Source of the DNA: an uncultured Bacteroidia bacterium
GTDB lineage: Bacteria; Bacteroidota; Bacteroidia; Bacteroidales; F082
Direction: 5' to 3'
Assembly: GCA_902801465.1 (NCBI GenBank)
Contig: CADCIH010000008.1
Location: forward strand, 4,772-68,771
Length of the DNA stretch: 64,000 nt
Position numbers and translations under genes: made by a program. Under the pieces are notes generated by a model, which was not told the origin of the DNA, made no database searches, and saw only the letters and a list, made by a program, of their open reading frames with translations. How positions within the stretch are numbered: the first letter of the stretch is position 1; every line of letters starts with the position of its first letter. This document shows, piece after piece, positions 28,285 through 36,766 of the stretch.

Positions 28285-31200
28285 TCAGTCTATCTCGTGC
28301 CCATTGCACTCCATATCAGTGATGCACCATCCGGTGGCATAGCAATACATCGTCAGAATGATGCTGTTTGCAGCATCAATCTCTTTTTCCGTCGCCGTCG
28401 GCGATAGATGCGACTCTTCATTGCGCCACTCCTTCATGATTAGCAGCCACTGATAGAGTCGTTGCTTGGCTTCGTCCTGGCTGTATTTCAGTTGCCACAA
28501 CGGTTGAATACCGTGAATCACATTCGCCCAAGTAACATCTTCCCCTGGATTGCGCGGGGGCACTTCCTCATTGTTCATCATGTAATAAAGCTTCCTGAGA
28601 AAAGCTTCGTATTTGGTTGAAAGCAAATTATAGGCAACAAACTTGTCAACAACGCTTGCGCCTTCCTTATACAAACTATTGAAAGCACTATGGAGGAGCA
28701 TCCCTATTCCATCAAGTTTCGGAATGGTCGTGGCATCAATCACATAAAACAAGGCTGCAACAATCTGCTTCATTGGACGCATGTATTGTTTTACACCTAA
28801 CAAAGTGGTATTCGCCAAATCTTCAACCTTGGATTTGATGATGTCGATATCAACCTGTCCGCCCTGCTGTTGCTGGTTTTCAAGCTCCTTAAATCCTTCC
28901 TCCACCGAAGTCTGCTCCACCACGGCGGTCGCCATCGTGATGTCTTCGTTCAGGTAAGCCGCCAACATCTTCTCTCGCTTCTCGGCATCCAAAATGAAAT
29001 CCTTCAGATACATGGCTCCCTTGGCAATCACCATGCGCGACTTGGGTTCTTCGCCTTCCACCTTGGTGATAAACGCCTTGGTCTTCCCGTTGTCGAGGGT
29101 CAGGCGCAAATCGTTAAACCTTCCGAAGTCGTCCAGGTTCTCTTCCGTGGGGTTAGCCAGTATCAGCTGCTCCAATCCACTGATGCTCGCTCCAGTCGCC
29201 TCGGCAAACAACAACGCCTGCTTGTGCAGCTCCTTCAGCTGGTATTCGTTGATGTAGTCCTGGATGGTCTTGCCGGCCTCTGGCCTCAAATCGCCGCTCT
29301 GGATGTCGTGCAGTATCAGGATGGCGGTGCGCTGGTCTTTCTGGGGCAGCGACGCAAAGGTCTTGTGCAGCTCCCTCAGGGCTTCCTTGGTGGGCTCGCT
29401 TCCGGGACCGTCGGTATAGAGTTTCTTGATGAACCTCACAAACTTCGAGTTGATGTACTCGGCATCGATGGTGCCAGTACCTGTCTCGGTTATGTAGGTA
29501 TCCACTGGGTAGTCGAAGTCGTAGTCCGTGGGATCGCCACCTTCGCCGCCTCCAAACAGCTCGCGGTAACGCTGTAGCAGGATGAGGTAGGTGTTCTCGT
29601 CAAACTCCATCTTCACATAAGTAAAAGTATCGTCGTGCCTGAACTCATATTCGGCCTGCTCCCAAGTGAATCCTTGCAGCTTGGCAGCTTCAAGCAAACG
29701 GGTCATACTGCTGAAGTCCTTGGCAAACATGTTCTTGTCTTCCCTGGTGTCAGGCAACCTCTCAAAATTGAACAGCTCGTGCGAGAAGAAGATGTCCCTG
29801 ATGTGCAGGAACTTCCGGTTGATGTTCATCAGGTTGTCTTCAAGCTTGTCCACAAACACACCTAACGGCCTGTCCACATACACCTCCAGGGCATCGTTGA
29901 TGTTCTGCTCCATCGTGTAGGGGAACGTATAGTAATAGATGGTGCCAAACGGTTTGTCGGGACCGAACACACGGTTGGTTCTTGAGAACGATTGAATCAC
30001 GTCCACATAACGCATCACCTTGTCCACATAGAGGGTGTTCACCCATTTCGAGTCGTAGCCGGTCAGCATCTGGGTCACCACAATGAGCAGGTCTATCTGC
30101 TTCGTGTGGTCGTGGTCGATGTCCTTGTAGGGTTTCTTGTGGGCCAGTCGCTTGGCCACGTCTTTCTTGTATTGCAGGTAGTTGGGCAGTCCAAACTGGG
30201 TCTGGTACTTGCTGTTGTAGTCGTCAAGCATCTCCAGTATGGCATCCTCTCGGGCAATGCCCTCGTCGCTGTTGTCGATGTTGTTGTCAAAAACGGCCAC
30301 CACGTTCATCGATGAGTATTGCGTCTTGAACAGCTCATAGTAGGCAATGGCCTCGGGGATGTTCTTCGTGGCCAGTATCGCATGGAACTTCCTGTTTTTG
30401 CTCAGACGTTCAAACTTGCCCATGATGTCGGCAGCTACGGCCTGATGGTGGATGTCCTGCTGGTAGAGCTGCTTGGGTAGGTAGTGCTCCACGCCGTGTT
30501 TGGTCTCACCGTTCTCGGTGTAGGTGTCCACCATCTTCATCTCGTGCATGAACTGGTCATACACCTTCATGGCTTCCTCGTTGTCTTCGATCTCTTCCAG
30601 GCTGTGCACCTTCAGCTGGGCAAAGGCGGCCTTCTCTCTCAGCTCGTCATCGTCGTATGTGTTCACGCGGTACGGGTCAAAGCCCAGCACGTTACCGTCG
30701 GGAATGCCGTTGGCGATGGTGTATTTGTGGAGCATGTCGCCAAAGATGGTGGCTGTGGTGATTTCGTTGTGGGCATTCTCCTCAAACACGGGAGTTCCCG
30801 TAAAGCCGAAGAGCAGTGCCCTCGGGAAGGTGTGCTTGATGGTCATCAGCATCTCGCCGAATACCGACCGGTGGCATTCGTCAATGATGAACACCAGCCG
30901 TTTCTTTCCAATGCGCTCGATGGTCTCGGGGGTGATCAAAGCGCCCGGCACCACGTTCGACATCTTTTGGAGCGAAGTCACAATCAGTCGGTTGTCGGGG
31001 TCGTTGCTTTCCAGCTTGCTCACCAGTATCTGGGTGTTCTGGGTGTCTTGTATGGTATCGTCTTCTCCGGCAAAGCCCCGGTATTCGTCGAGCGACTGTA
31101 TGCCCAGCTCTATCCTGTCCATCAGGAACACCACTTTCTCGGCATCGTTGCTGGTGGCAATGAGCTGTGCCGACTTGAACGAGGTCATCGTCTTGCCCGA

Positions 31201-32118
31201 TCCCGTCGTGTGCCAAATGTAGCCGCCTCTATGCTCATGGTCGTCCCAGTTGGTCTTGTGGGTGATGTCGCATATCTTGCTGGTGGCGTAGTATTGGTAC
31301 GAGCGCAGCACCTTCAGGGTCTGGTCTTTGTCGTCGGCAATGGTGTAGTAGCCTATCAGCTGGTGGGCCATCGGTATGTTGAGCAGCTCGGCCACAACGC
31401 GGTTCCATTCAAAGATCTCGTTGTTGTTGAAATCGGCCCAGTGGAACTGGAACTCTTTCTGGAACCGGTCTTCACTCCCGGGGTTGGCAAAGTAAAGGGT
31501 CTTTTCGGGGGTCATGGCCACAAATATCTGCACCATGCTGAAGATGCCGCTGCTAAACACGCCTTCGTGCATGTAGCGCTTCAGCTGGAACACGGCTTGC
31601 GACACATCCACCCTGCTCCGCTTCAGCTCCACATGGATCACGGGCATACCGTTGATGAGCAACAGCACATCGCCTCTTCTATCACCGGCCAGTGGGTTGC
31701 TGGCCTTGAATCGGGGCTGGCGCACAATCTGGTAGCGGCTTTGCCCCGAGCTGATCTCAGCGGGGTCGAATATCTTCAGATACACTTCCTTGCCGTAGTT
31801 CATCGTGTCGGCAGGGTTGTCGCGCTTGATGCAAACAAACTTGCCATTGATGAACTTGTTCACCTTGTAGGGACTGCCGGCCATGTTCACCTGGTCAACA
31901 ATCTGCTGCATCTCCGTCGGGGTAAGCGGATAGTTGCCCAGCCGCTCGTTCTCGCGGTTCATGTCGTAGATGATGTTGGCCCAGTTGTCAATCAAGTCCT
32001 GCTCCGTCGGGTGGTGCATTATCTCAGTACTCCACCCGTGGTTGGGCAGCAATTCGCACAAGGCGTTCTCAAACTCCAGCTCCTTCTCAAAAGGACGAAT
32101 GTTTAATGTGTTGCTCAT
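28285..32118 (-). CDS. hsdR: Type I restriction enzyme R subunit with a C-terminal HEPN-like extension
   Basis: PD-(D/E)xK region GDVLLLINGMPVIHVELKRS. Helicase motifs HTTGSGKTMTSF, FIIDECHRS and TGTPVF. 1277 aa, with a C-terminal tail containing RNEESH (Rx4H). Confidence 0.9.
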   Translation of the reverse strand: MSNTLNIRPFEKELEFENALCELLPNHGWSTEIMHHPTEQDLIDNWANIIYDMNRENERLGNYPLTPTEMQQIVDQVNMAGSPYKVNKFINGKFVCIKRDNPADTMNYGKEVYLKIFDPAEISSGQSRYQIVRQPRFKASNPLAGDRRGDVLLLINGMPVIHVELKRSRVDVSQAVFQLKRYMHEGVFSSGIFSMVQIFVAMTPEKTLYFANPGSEDRFQKEFQFHWADFNNNEIFEWNRVVAELLNIPMAHQLIGYYTIADDKDQTLKVLRSYQYYATSKICDITHKTNWDDHEHRGGYIWHTTGSGKTMTSFKSAQLIATSNDAEKVVFLMDRIELGIQSLDEYRGFAGEDDTIQDTQNTQILVSKLESNDPDNRLIVTSLQKMSNVVPGALITPETIERIGKKRLVFIIDECHRSVFGEMLMTIKHTFPRALLFGFTGTPVFEENAHNEITTATIFGDMLHKYTIANGIPDGNVLGFDPYRVNTYDDDELREKAAFAQLKVHSLEEIEDNEEAMKVYDQFMHEMKMVDTYTENGETKHGVEHYLPKQLYQQDIHHQAVAADIMGKFERLSKNRKFHAILATKNIPEAIAYYELFKTQYSSMNVVAVFDNNIDNSDEGIAREDAILEMLDDYNSKYQTQFGLPNYLQYKKDVAKRLAHKKPYKDIDHDHTKQIDLLIVVTQMLTGYDSKWVNTLYVDKVMRYVDVIQSFSRTNRVFGPDKPFGTIYYYTFPYTMEQNINDALEVYVDRPLGVFVDKLEDNLMNINRKFLHIRDIFFSHELFNFERLPDTREDKNMFAKDFSSMTRLLEAAKLQGFTWEQAEYEFRHDDTFTYVKMEFDENTYLILLQRYRELFGGGEGGDPTDYDFDYPVDTYITETGTGTIDAEYINSKFVRFIKKLYTDGPGSEPTKEALRELHKTFASLPQKDQRTAILILHDIQSGDLRPEAGKTIQDYINEYQLKELHKQALLFAEATGASISGLEQLILANPTEENLDDFGRFNDLRLTLDNGKTKAFITKVEGEEPKSRMVIAKGAMYLKDFILDAEKREKMLAAYLNEDITMATAVVEQTSVEEGFKELENQQQQGGQVDIDIIKSKVEDLANTTLLGVKQYMRPMKQIVAALFYVIDATTIPKLDGIGMLLHSAFNSLYKEGASVVDKFVAYNLLSTKYEAFLRKLYYMMNNEEVPPRNPGEDVTWANVIHGIQPLWQLKYSQDEAKQRLYQWLLIMKEWRNEESHLSPTATEKEIDAANSIILTMYCYATGWCITDMECNGHEID

Positions 32119-32132
32119 ATTGATTGGTTGTT

Positions 32133-34115
32133 TTATGCTATGAATTGATTAAGGCAAGCCTTCTTCATTTGGTTCAGTTTCTCCAACTGCTGCGTCTCCA
32201 ATGAAATCCGCTTGTCAAGACAGGTAAAGAAAGACGCAATGCGATTACGTTCTTCTTTCTCCTTGGGAATATAGAACTGGCATTTTTCAAGTTCATCCTT
32301 ACTCAGATTTCCAATCGTTCCATTTCCACCTGACACACCAGTTACAAGAAACTCTTTATACCAACTGGCTCCCATGCAAGCATTTAAGAACTCTGCTTCG
32401 TCTGACGACACAAGATACATAAAGCCTCCAGGAACCATTTTATCATTTTCGCACGACACCAGGCAATGTTTGCCAACCAACCTTGGCGACCCATTTGCTG
32501 CTGTCACAAGAATATCTTTGTTTTTTGCCAATGGTATATTAACGCATTGGGCATCGACAAACACGTCCGAAAATGATACAGTGAACGCATCCTCATCTAT
32601 ATTAGATGAACGCAAGACACGAACGCCTCTGTCACAAACATCCTCTGGACTATAAGTAAGTCCTCGCCTAATCGTTGCTATATCACTGAATCTAATCATA
32701 ATCCATTCTCCGTTAAATCCTCTGAATCTGAGGGGGGGGGTAATTGATTGATTATCAGTGAATAACAATCTTAGACAAGATTGCTTCATCTCTTTAAGTC
32801 GCTCTAATTGTTCATGTTGAGCAGAAATCTTCGAATCAAGTTGATTGAAAAACTCCGCTATTAGTTTTTGTTCTGAAGAATCCTTTGGATGACGAATGGG
32901 CATTTGTCCAAAGATTTCATCAGATATAGACAACCTGTCAAATCTTGCACCTGTATTGCCATTGTCAAACATGAATTTATGCCATCTATTTGTTTTGAAA
33001 AAACAACTCAGATAATCTTTGTCAATGCCATCAACTTTGAAAACATAATAGAGTGGCGACATTACACCCGCATAGCCTAATTGGTTTCTATTTATTGGAC
33101 CAACAGGAGCTGCGGTAGAAATACGAGGATTATACACAAAATCATCGTTTTCAACTACATAATACCCTCTAATGTTATCGCCATTGGATATATCATGGTC
33201 AAAAAAGTCTAACTGATTGATAATTCCAAATTCAGCTGAATTAGTCAAAGTTATTCTTACTGCCAAGTCAGTATTCTTCTTCGTCACTTTCTTGCTAATT
33301 TCACTTAGTTTAGTGACAACCCAGTCATCATCAAAACCTTTAAAACGAAGAGCTGGCACACTTTCGTTTTGCAGCGGAAACATCGTTTCTAAACAAGCCG
33401 ATTTGAGTTGTTTCAACTCTTCAAACTGTTTTTGATAAACCGTCACCTGTTCGTCGAGCCTCTGCAAGAAAGATGCGATTTTTCTCTGCTCATCAATATC
33501 CTTCGGAATCATGATATAGCCAGTAAGCGCAGTTTCATCGCTGATATTCATGGTGTTTTTGGCTCCTTTGTTCACCAACGGCCTCATGTAAGCATTCAGC
33601 CGCCATGCAGGATCAAAGTAGTAGTGAATATACTCAGGAGCAACACCCTCTTTGGTGTTATATACAGCATAGAGTACGGACACTATACCGGCTTTGCCTC
33701 TATTCATTTTCACGATGCCGTATGGCTTCGCCCTAAGTGGTGATTTCGTATAAACAATCTGCCCAGGGCGCAAAATCTTATAGCCACTCACTGACTTTCC
33801 TGCATAGCTCCTGCCAAGATGCTCTATCTGATTAACCACGCCGTAGTCATCAGAAACCGACAAAACATCTTCAACGCCAAAAGCGTTGTCGATGTTTTTC
33901 TCATCCGATATTTCAAGGCAGTCGCTAAGCAACTTCTTTTCCCACGCTCCTTCAAATCCTTTGAAGCGCAGTCTTGGGGCACTCTCCCCTTCTTGCGGGA
34001 ACAGCATATGGACACAATCCTCCAAACTGCTGCAGGAGGTCTCTTCAGGCGTGGTCAGCACCAGCTCGTCCACCTGCCCGTCATCGCCTTGTAATATGAT
34101 CTCTTTCTCAGCCAT
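32133..34115 (-). CDS. hsdS: Type I R-M specificity subunit with three TRD-CR modules
   Basis: Three module starts: RLRFKGFEGAW (aa 48), ALRFKGFDDDW (aa 255) and PLRFRGFNGEW (aa 461). Three coiled-coil conserved regions: EQRKIASFLQRLDEQ..., EQKLIAEFFNQLDSK... and ERNRIASFFTCLDKR.... Confidence 0.85.
   Translation of the reverse strand: MAEKEIILQGDDGQVDELVLTTPEETSCSSLEDCVHMLFPQEGESAPRLRFKGFEGAWEKKLLSDCLEISDEKNIDNAFGVEDVLSVSDDYGVVNQIEHLGRSYAGKSVSGYKILRPGQIVYTKSPLRAKPYGIVKMNRGKAGIVSVLYAVYNTKEGVAPEYIHYYFDPAWRLNAYMRPLVNKGAKNTMNISDETALTGYIMIPKDIDEQRKIASFLQRLDEQVTVYQKQFEELKQLKSACLETMFPLQNESVPALRFKGFDDDWVVTKLSEISKKVTKKNTDLAVRITLTNSAEFGIINQLDFFDHDISNGDNIRGYYVVENDDFVYNPRISTAAPVGPINRNQLGYAGVMSPLYYVFKVDGIDKDYLSCFFKTNRWHKFMFDNGNTGARFDRLSISDEIFGQMPIRHPKDSSEQKLIAEFFNQLDSKISAQHEQLERLKEMKQSCLRLLFTDNQSITPPLRFRGFNGEWIMIRFSDIATIRRGLTYSPEDVCDRGVRVLRSSNIDEDAFTVSFSDVFVDAQCVNIPLAKNKDILVTAANGSPRLVGKHCLVSCENDKMVPGGFMYLVSSDEAEFLNACMGASWYKEFLVTGVSGGNGTIGNLSKDELEKCQFYIPKEKEERNRIASFFTCLDKRISLETQQLEKLNQMKKACLNQFIA
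32732..32740. repeat. G9/C9 homopolymer inside hsdS at the CR2/TRD3 junction
   Basis: The plus strand reads a-ggggggggg-t. On the coding strand this is ACC CCC CCC CTC (T-P-P-L, aa 458-461). Confidence 0.95.
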
Positions 34116-34127
34116 ATCTCATCCCCC

Positions 34128-36698
34128 TTATAAGTTCAGCTTACGCAAGCCTTCCAAGGCGTACTCGTCACCATTGAGGTCAGCCACCAAATCAGCCATT
34201 TGTTGCTTGGCCTCAGCCAGCTTCTTATCAAGGTCTTGGTACGAGACAGAATACTTGTGTACGAGTATCGTCACGCGGTTTTCTATCTCCCTAAGCACCT
34301 CGGTCAGTGTCCTATTGACACCTGCCACAACCGGGTCAATCCATTTCTTGTGCAGGAACATTTCCACCTCCTCGTCGGTCAGGTGCTCTATGGCCTCCTT
34401 GGTCTTGTCTATCAATTCGGCCTTGGCCTCTTTGATTTCCTTTTTCACCTTGGTTTGCTCTTCCCATAGCTTCACCAGTCTCACCAGCTTCGCCTTCGTC
34501 TCAGGCTCTATTTCGTCGCCCTTGGCCTTGGCATCCTTCTTTATCTTCGCTTTGTCCAACTTCGGGTCGTCGTCGCCGTCCAGATACTCCTGTGCCTCCT
34601 CTTCCGTGAAGCTGTCCCGCAGCTCGTCAACCTCAGTGTCTATCTCCTCATTTCGCGCTTCCTTCTCGCTTATGGCTTGCAGTTCCGCTTGGAACAAGGT
34701 TTCCTGCACCATCGGGAACGGGATGATACGGCCTTTCAATCCATCGGCCACTTCTATTTCCTCGTCACCCTTTTTCACCAGCTTATAAGCCGTCTCAACC
34801 TTTCTTGCCGCATCCATCCCTTCGGTCTGCAAAGTCTCTATATCGTTGGCAATCGTCGTCCATTCGTTGCTTAAAGCTTGGTAGGCAGCATAGCGGTCTA
34901 CCAATGGAATACCCTTATTTCTCAGGAAAATGTCATCCGCTATTTCATAGCGTTCCTTCATTTCCCTCACAGTGGCCACGTTGGTGATCAACCTACGGTG
35001 TAGTTCCTCGTCAAAGCCTTCAAACGCCTGCTCAAACTGCTGACGCAGCTTGGCAGTGTCGCGGTCGTGGGCAATAACGCTGGCCACGTCATCGGACGTA
35101 ATGGCCGAATAGGGTTTGTCCTCCGCTGGCTGGAACAACTCCACCCGCAACGAGGGCAACGCCTCCCAGTACTCCTTCAATCGGTCTATCTCGCTGTTAG
35201 GGATGCCGCCAAACATGGTAGCATAGATGTCATAAAGCTCAGGAGCCTCCGACGAATCCACATACCGAGGGATATTCAGGTTGTAATTGTTCTGTCTAAT
35301 GATATCACGGCTTACCTTGCGCGAATAGCCTGGCTCGTCGCTGCGCAGGCGCACCGTGTCGGCAATGCGCTTGATATCGCAATCACGCAGCCTGTTGTTC
35401 TTACCATCCTTCACGAAGCCCTTCGAGGCATCGATGATCAGCACATCGTCATTCTGACGGTGCTGCTTCAGTACCATGATGAGCGTAGGAATACCCGTGC
35501 CAAAGAAGATGTTGGCAGGTAAACCGATGATGCAATCAATCTGGTTTTTCTCAATCAGCCTCTTACGGATTTTGCCTTCTCCCTCATCCTCTGGGTCACC
35601 TCTGAACAATACGCCGTGAGGCAACACGATAGTCAGGATGCCGTCTGGCTTCAGGTGGTGTAGCTCATGCAGCAGGAAGGCGTAGTCTGCCTTGCTCTTC
35701 GGTGCAACACCATAGTCCTTGAAGCGGGCATCCAGTTCAGCGTCCGTGGGGTCCCAGTGCTGCGAGTAAGGCGGATTTGATACCACGGCATCCACATACA
35801 GCGGTCGCCCTGCATTGGGGCCAGTCTTTTCGATTGGCCAGTCCTCATCTAATGAGTCGGCGCAGCGCGTGTCGATGTTGCCTGGTCTGATACCACGCAT
35901 CACAAGGTTCATGCGCGTCAGGTTGTAGGTGTTTTCCTTCAGCTCCTGCGCGTAGTATTTCACGCGGTTGCGGTCTTCTATGTGACGGCCAACACTCTTA
36001 CCGATAGTGATGAGCAGCGAACCCGAACCGCTCGTGGGGTCGTAGATTTCAATCTGCTTTTTGTCCTTATGGTGCTCGGCCACGATTTCCGACATCAGCA
36101 TGGCCACCTCATGCGGAGTGTAGAACTCTCCAGCCTTCTTTCCCGCGCTTGCGGCAAAGTTGCTGATAAGATACTCGTACACATAGCCCAGCACGTCATA
36201 GTCCTGTGAGCCGTCCGTGGGAATATCCTTGATGAGCTTGATCAAGTCTTTCAAAGCCTTGGTCTGCGAAGCTGGATTTTCGCCAAGCTTGCTCAATCCG
36301 GCTTGCAGGGTGATGAAGATTTTCTCATACACATGCTTATAGTTGGGGCTAATCATGCGATCAAACGTGTTGAGCGCAACGCTCAGGTCGGCCACGTTGA
36401 ACGTGCTATGAGGCAGCAGCCATGTCGAGAAAAGGTTTTTATATTCGATGAAATAGCCGATGCTGTTTTTGCAGTCCTCAATGGTCACGGCCATATCTTC
36501 GTCGTCATAGTTTTCAACCAGGTCTGGCAAATCCTCTTCCGTCCATCCGCTCTTCTTCAGATGGGCAACCTCGTTATCCGAAAGGAACTTATAGAAGATA
36601 AGGCCAAGAATATAGTCCTTATACTCACTGGCATCAATCTTCGACCTCATCTTATTGGCCGAAGCCCAAATCCTGTTTGCTAGTTGTTGTTTGTTCAT
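34128..36698 (-). CDS. hsdM: Type I R-M N6-adenine DNA methyltransferase subunit (long form)
   Basis: HsdM_N-type N-terminus (LANRIWASANKMRSKIDASEYKDYILGLIFYKFLSD), SAM motif YDPTSGSGSLL and catalytic VVSNPPYS. The C-terminal extension of about 350 aa is coiled-coil-rich. Confidence 0.9.
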   Translation of the reverse strand: MNKQQLANRIWASANKMRSKIDASEYKDYILGLIFYKFLSDNEVAHLKKSGWTEEDLPDLVENYDDEDMAVTIEDCKNSIGYFIEYKNLFSTWLLPHSTFNVADLSVALNTFDRMISPNYKHVYEKIFITLQAGLSKLGENPASQTKALKDLIKLIKDIPTDGSQDYDVLGYVYEYLISNFAASAGKKAGEFYTPHEVAMLMSEIVAEHHKDKKQIEIYDPTSGSGSLLITIGKSVGRHIEDRNRVKYYAQELKENTYNLTRMNLVMRGIRPGNIDTRCADSLDEDWPIEKTGPNAGRPLYVDAVVSNPPYSQHWDPTDAELDARFKDYGVAPKSKADYAFLLHELHHLKPDGILTIVLPHGVLFRGDPEDEGEGKIRKRLIEKNQIDCIIGLPANIFFGTGIPTLIMVLKQHRQNDDVLIIDASKGFVKDGKNNRLRDCDIKRIADTVRLRSDEPGYSRKVSRDIIRQNNYNLNIPRYVDSSEAPELYDIYATMFGGIPNSEIDRLKEYWEALPSLRVELFQPAEDKPYSAITSDDVASVIAHDRDTAKLRQQFEQAFEGFDEELHRRLITNVATVREMKERYEIADDIFLRNKGIPLVDRYAAYQALSNEWTTIANDIETLQTEGMDAARKVETAYKLVKKGDEEIEVADGLKGRIIPFPMVQETLFQAELQAISEKEARNEEIDTEVDELRDSFTEEEAQEYLDGDDDPKLDKAKIKKDAKAKGDEIEPETKAKLVRLVKLWEEQTKVKKEIKEAKAELIDKTKEAIEHLTDEEVEMFLHKKWIDPVVAGVNRTLTEVLREIENRVTILVHKYSVSYQDLDKKLAEAKQQMADLVADLNGDEYALEGLRKLNL

Positions 36699-36724
36699 AA
36701 ATTGTATCTCGTTGTATCTTGTTG

Positions 36725-36732
36725 CAAAAATA
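36725..36732 (-). promoter_or_regulatory. -7 promoter box (TATTTTTG) in front of hsdM
   Basis: Reverse complement of caaaaata. It ends 27 nt upstream of the hsdM ATG, inside the 68-nt gap after the Hsp70-fold gene. Confidence 0.5.
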
Positions 36733-36766
36733 ATCCGTATTGGTTCAACCTTATTGAAGGTATTGT

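Noticed and set aside
30484-32106. A 540-aa ORF antisense to hsdR. Similar long antisense ORFs occur at 696-1466, 10588-11712, 13531-14430, 14482-15435, 16358-17119, 19676-20506, 22049-23161, 44147-45109 and 47718-48344.
   Set aside because: Each overlaps a sense-strand gene with clear catalytic motifs. Their translations are V/G/H/L/D/A-rich with no recognisable motifs. This is the expected by-product of GC3-rich codon usage, which leaves few stops on the opposite strand.
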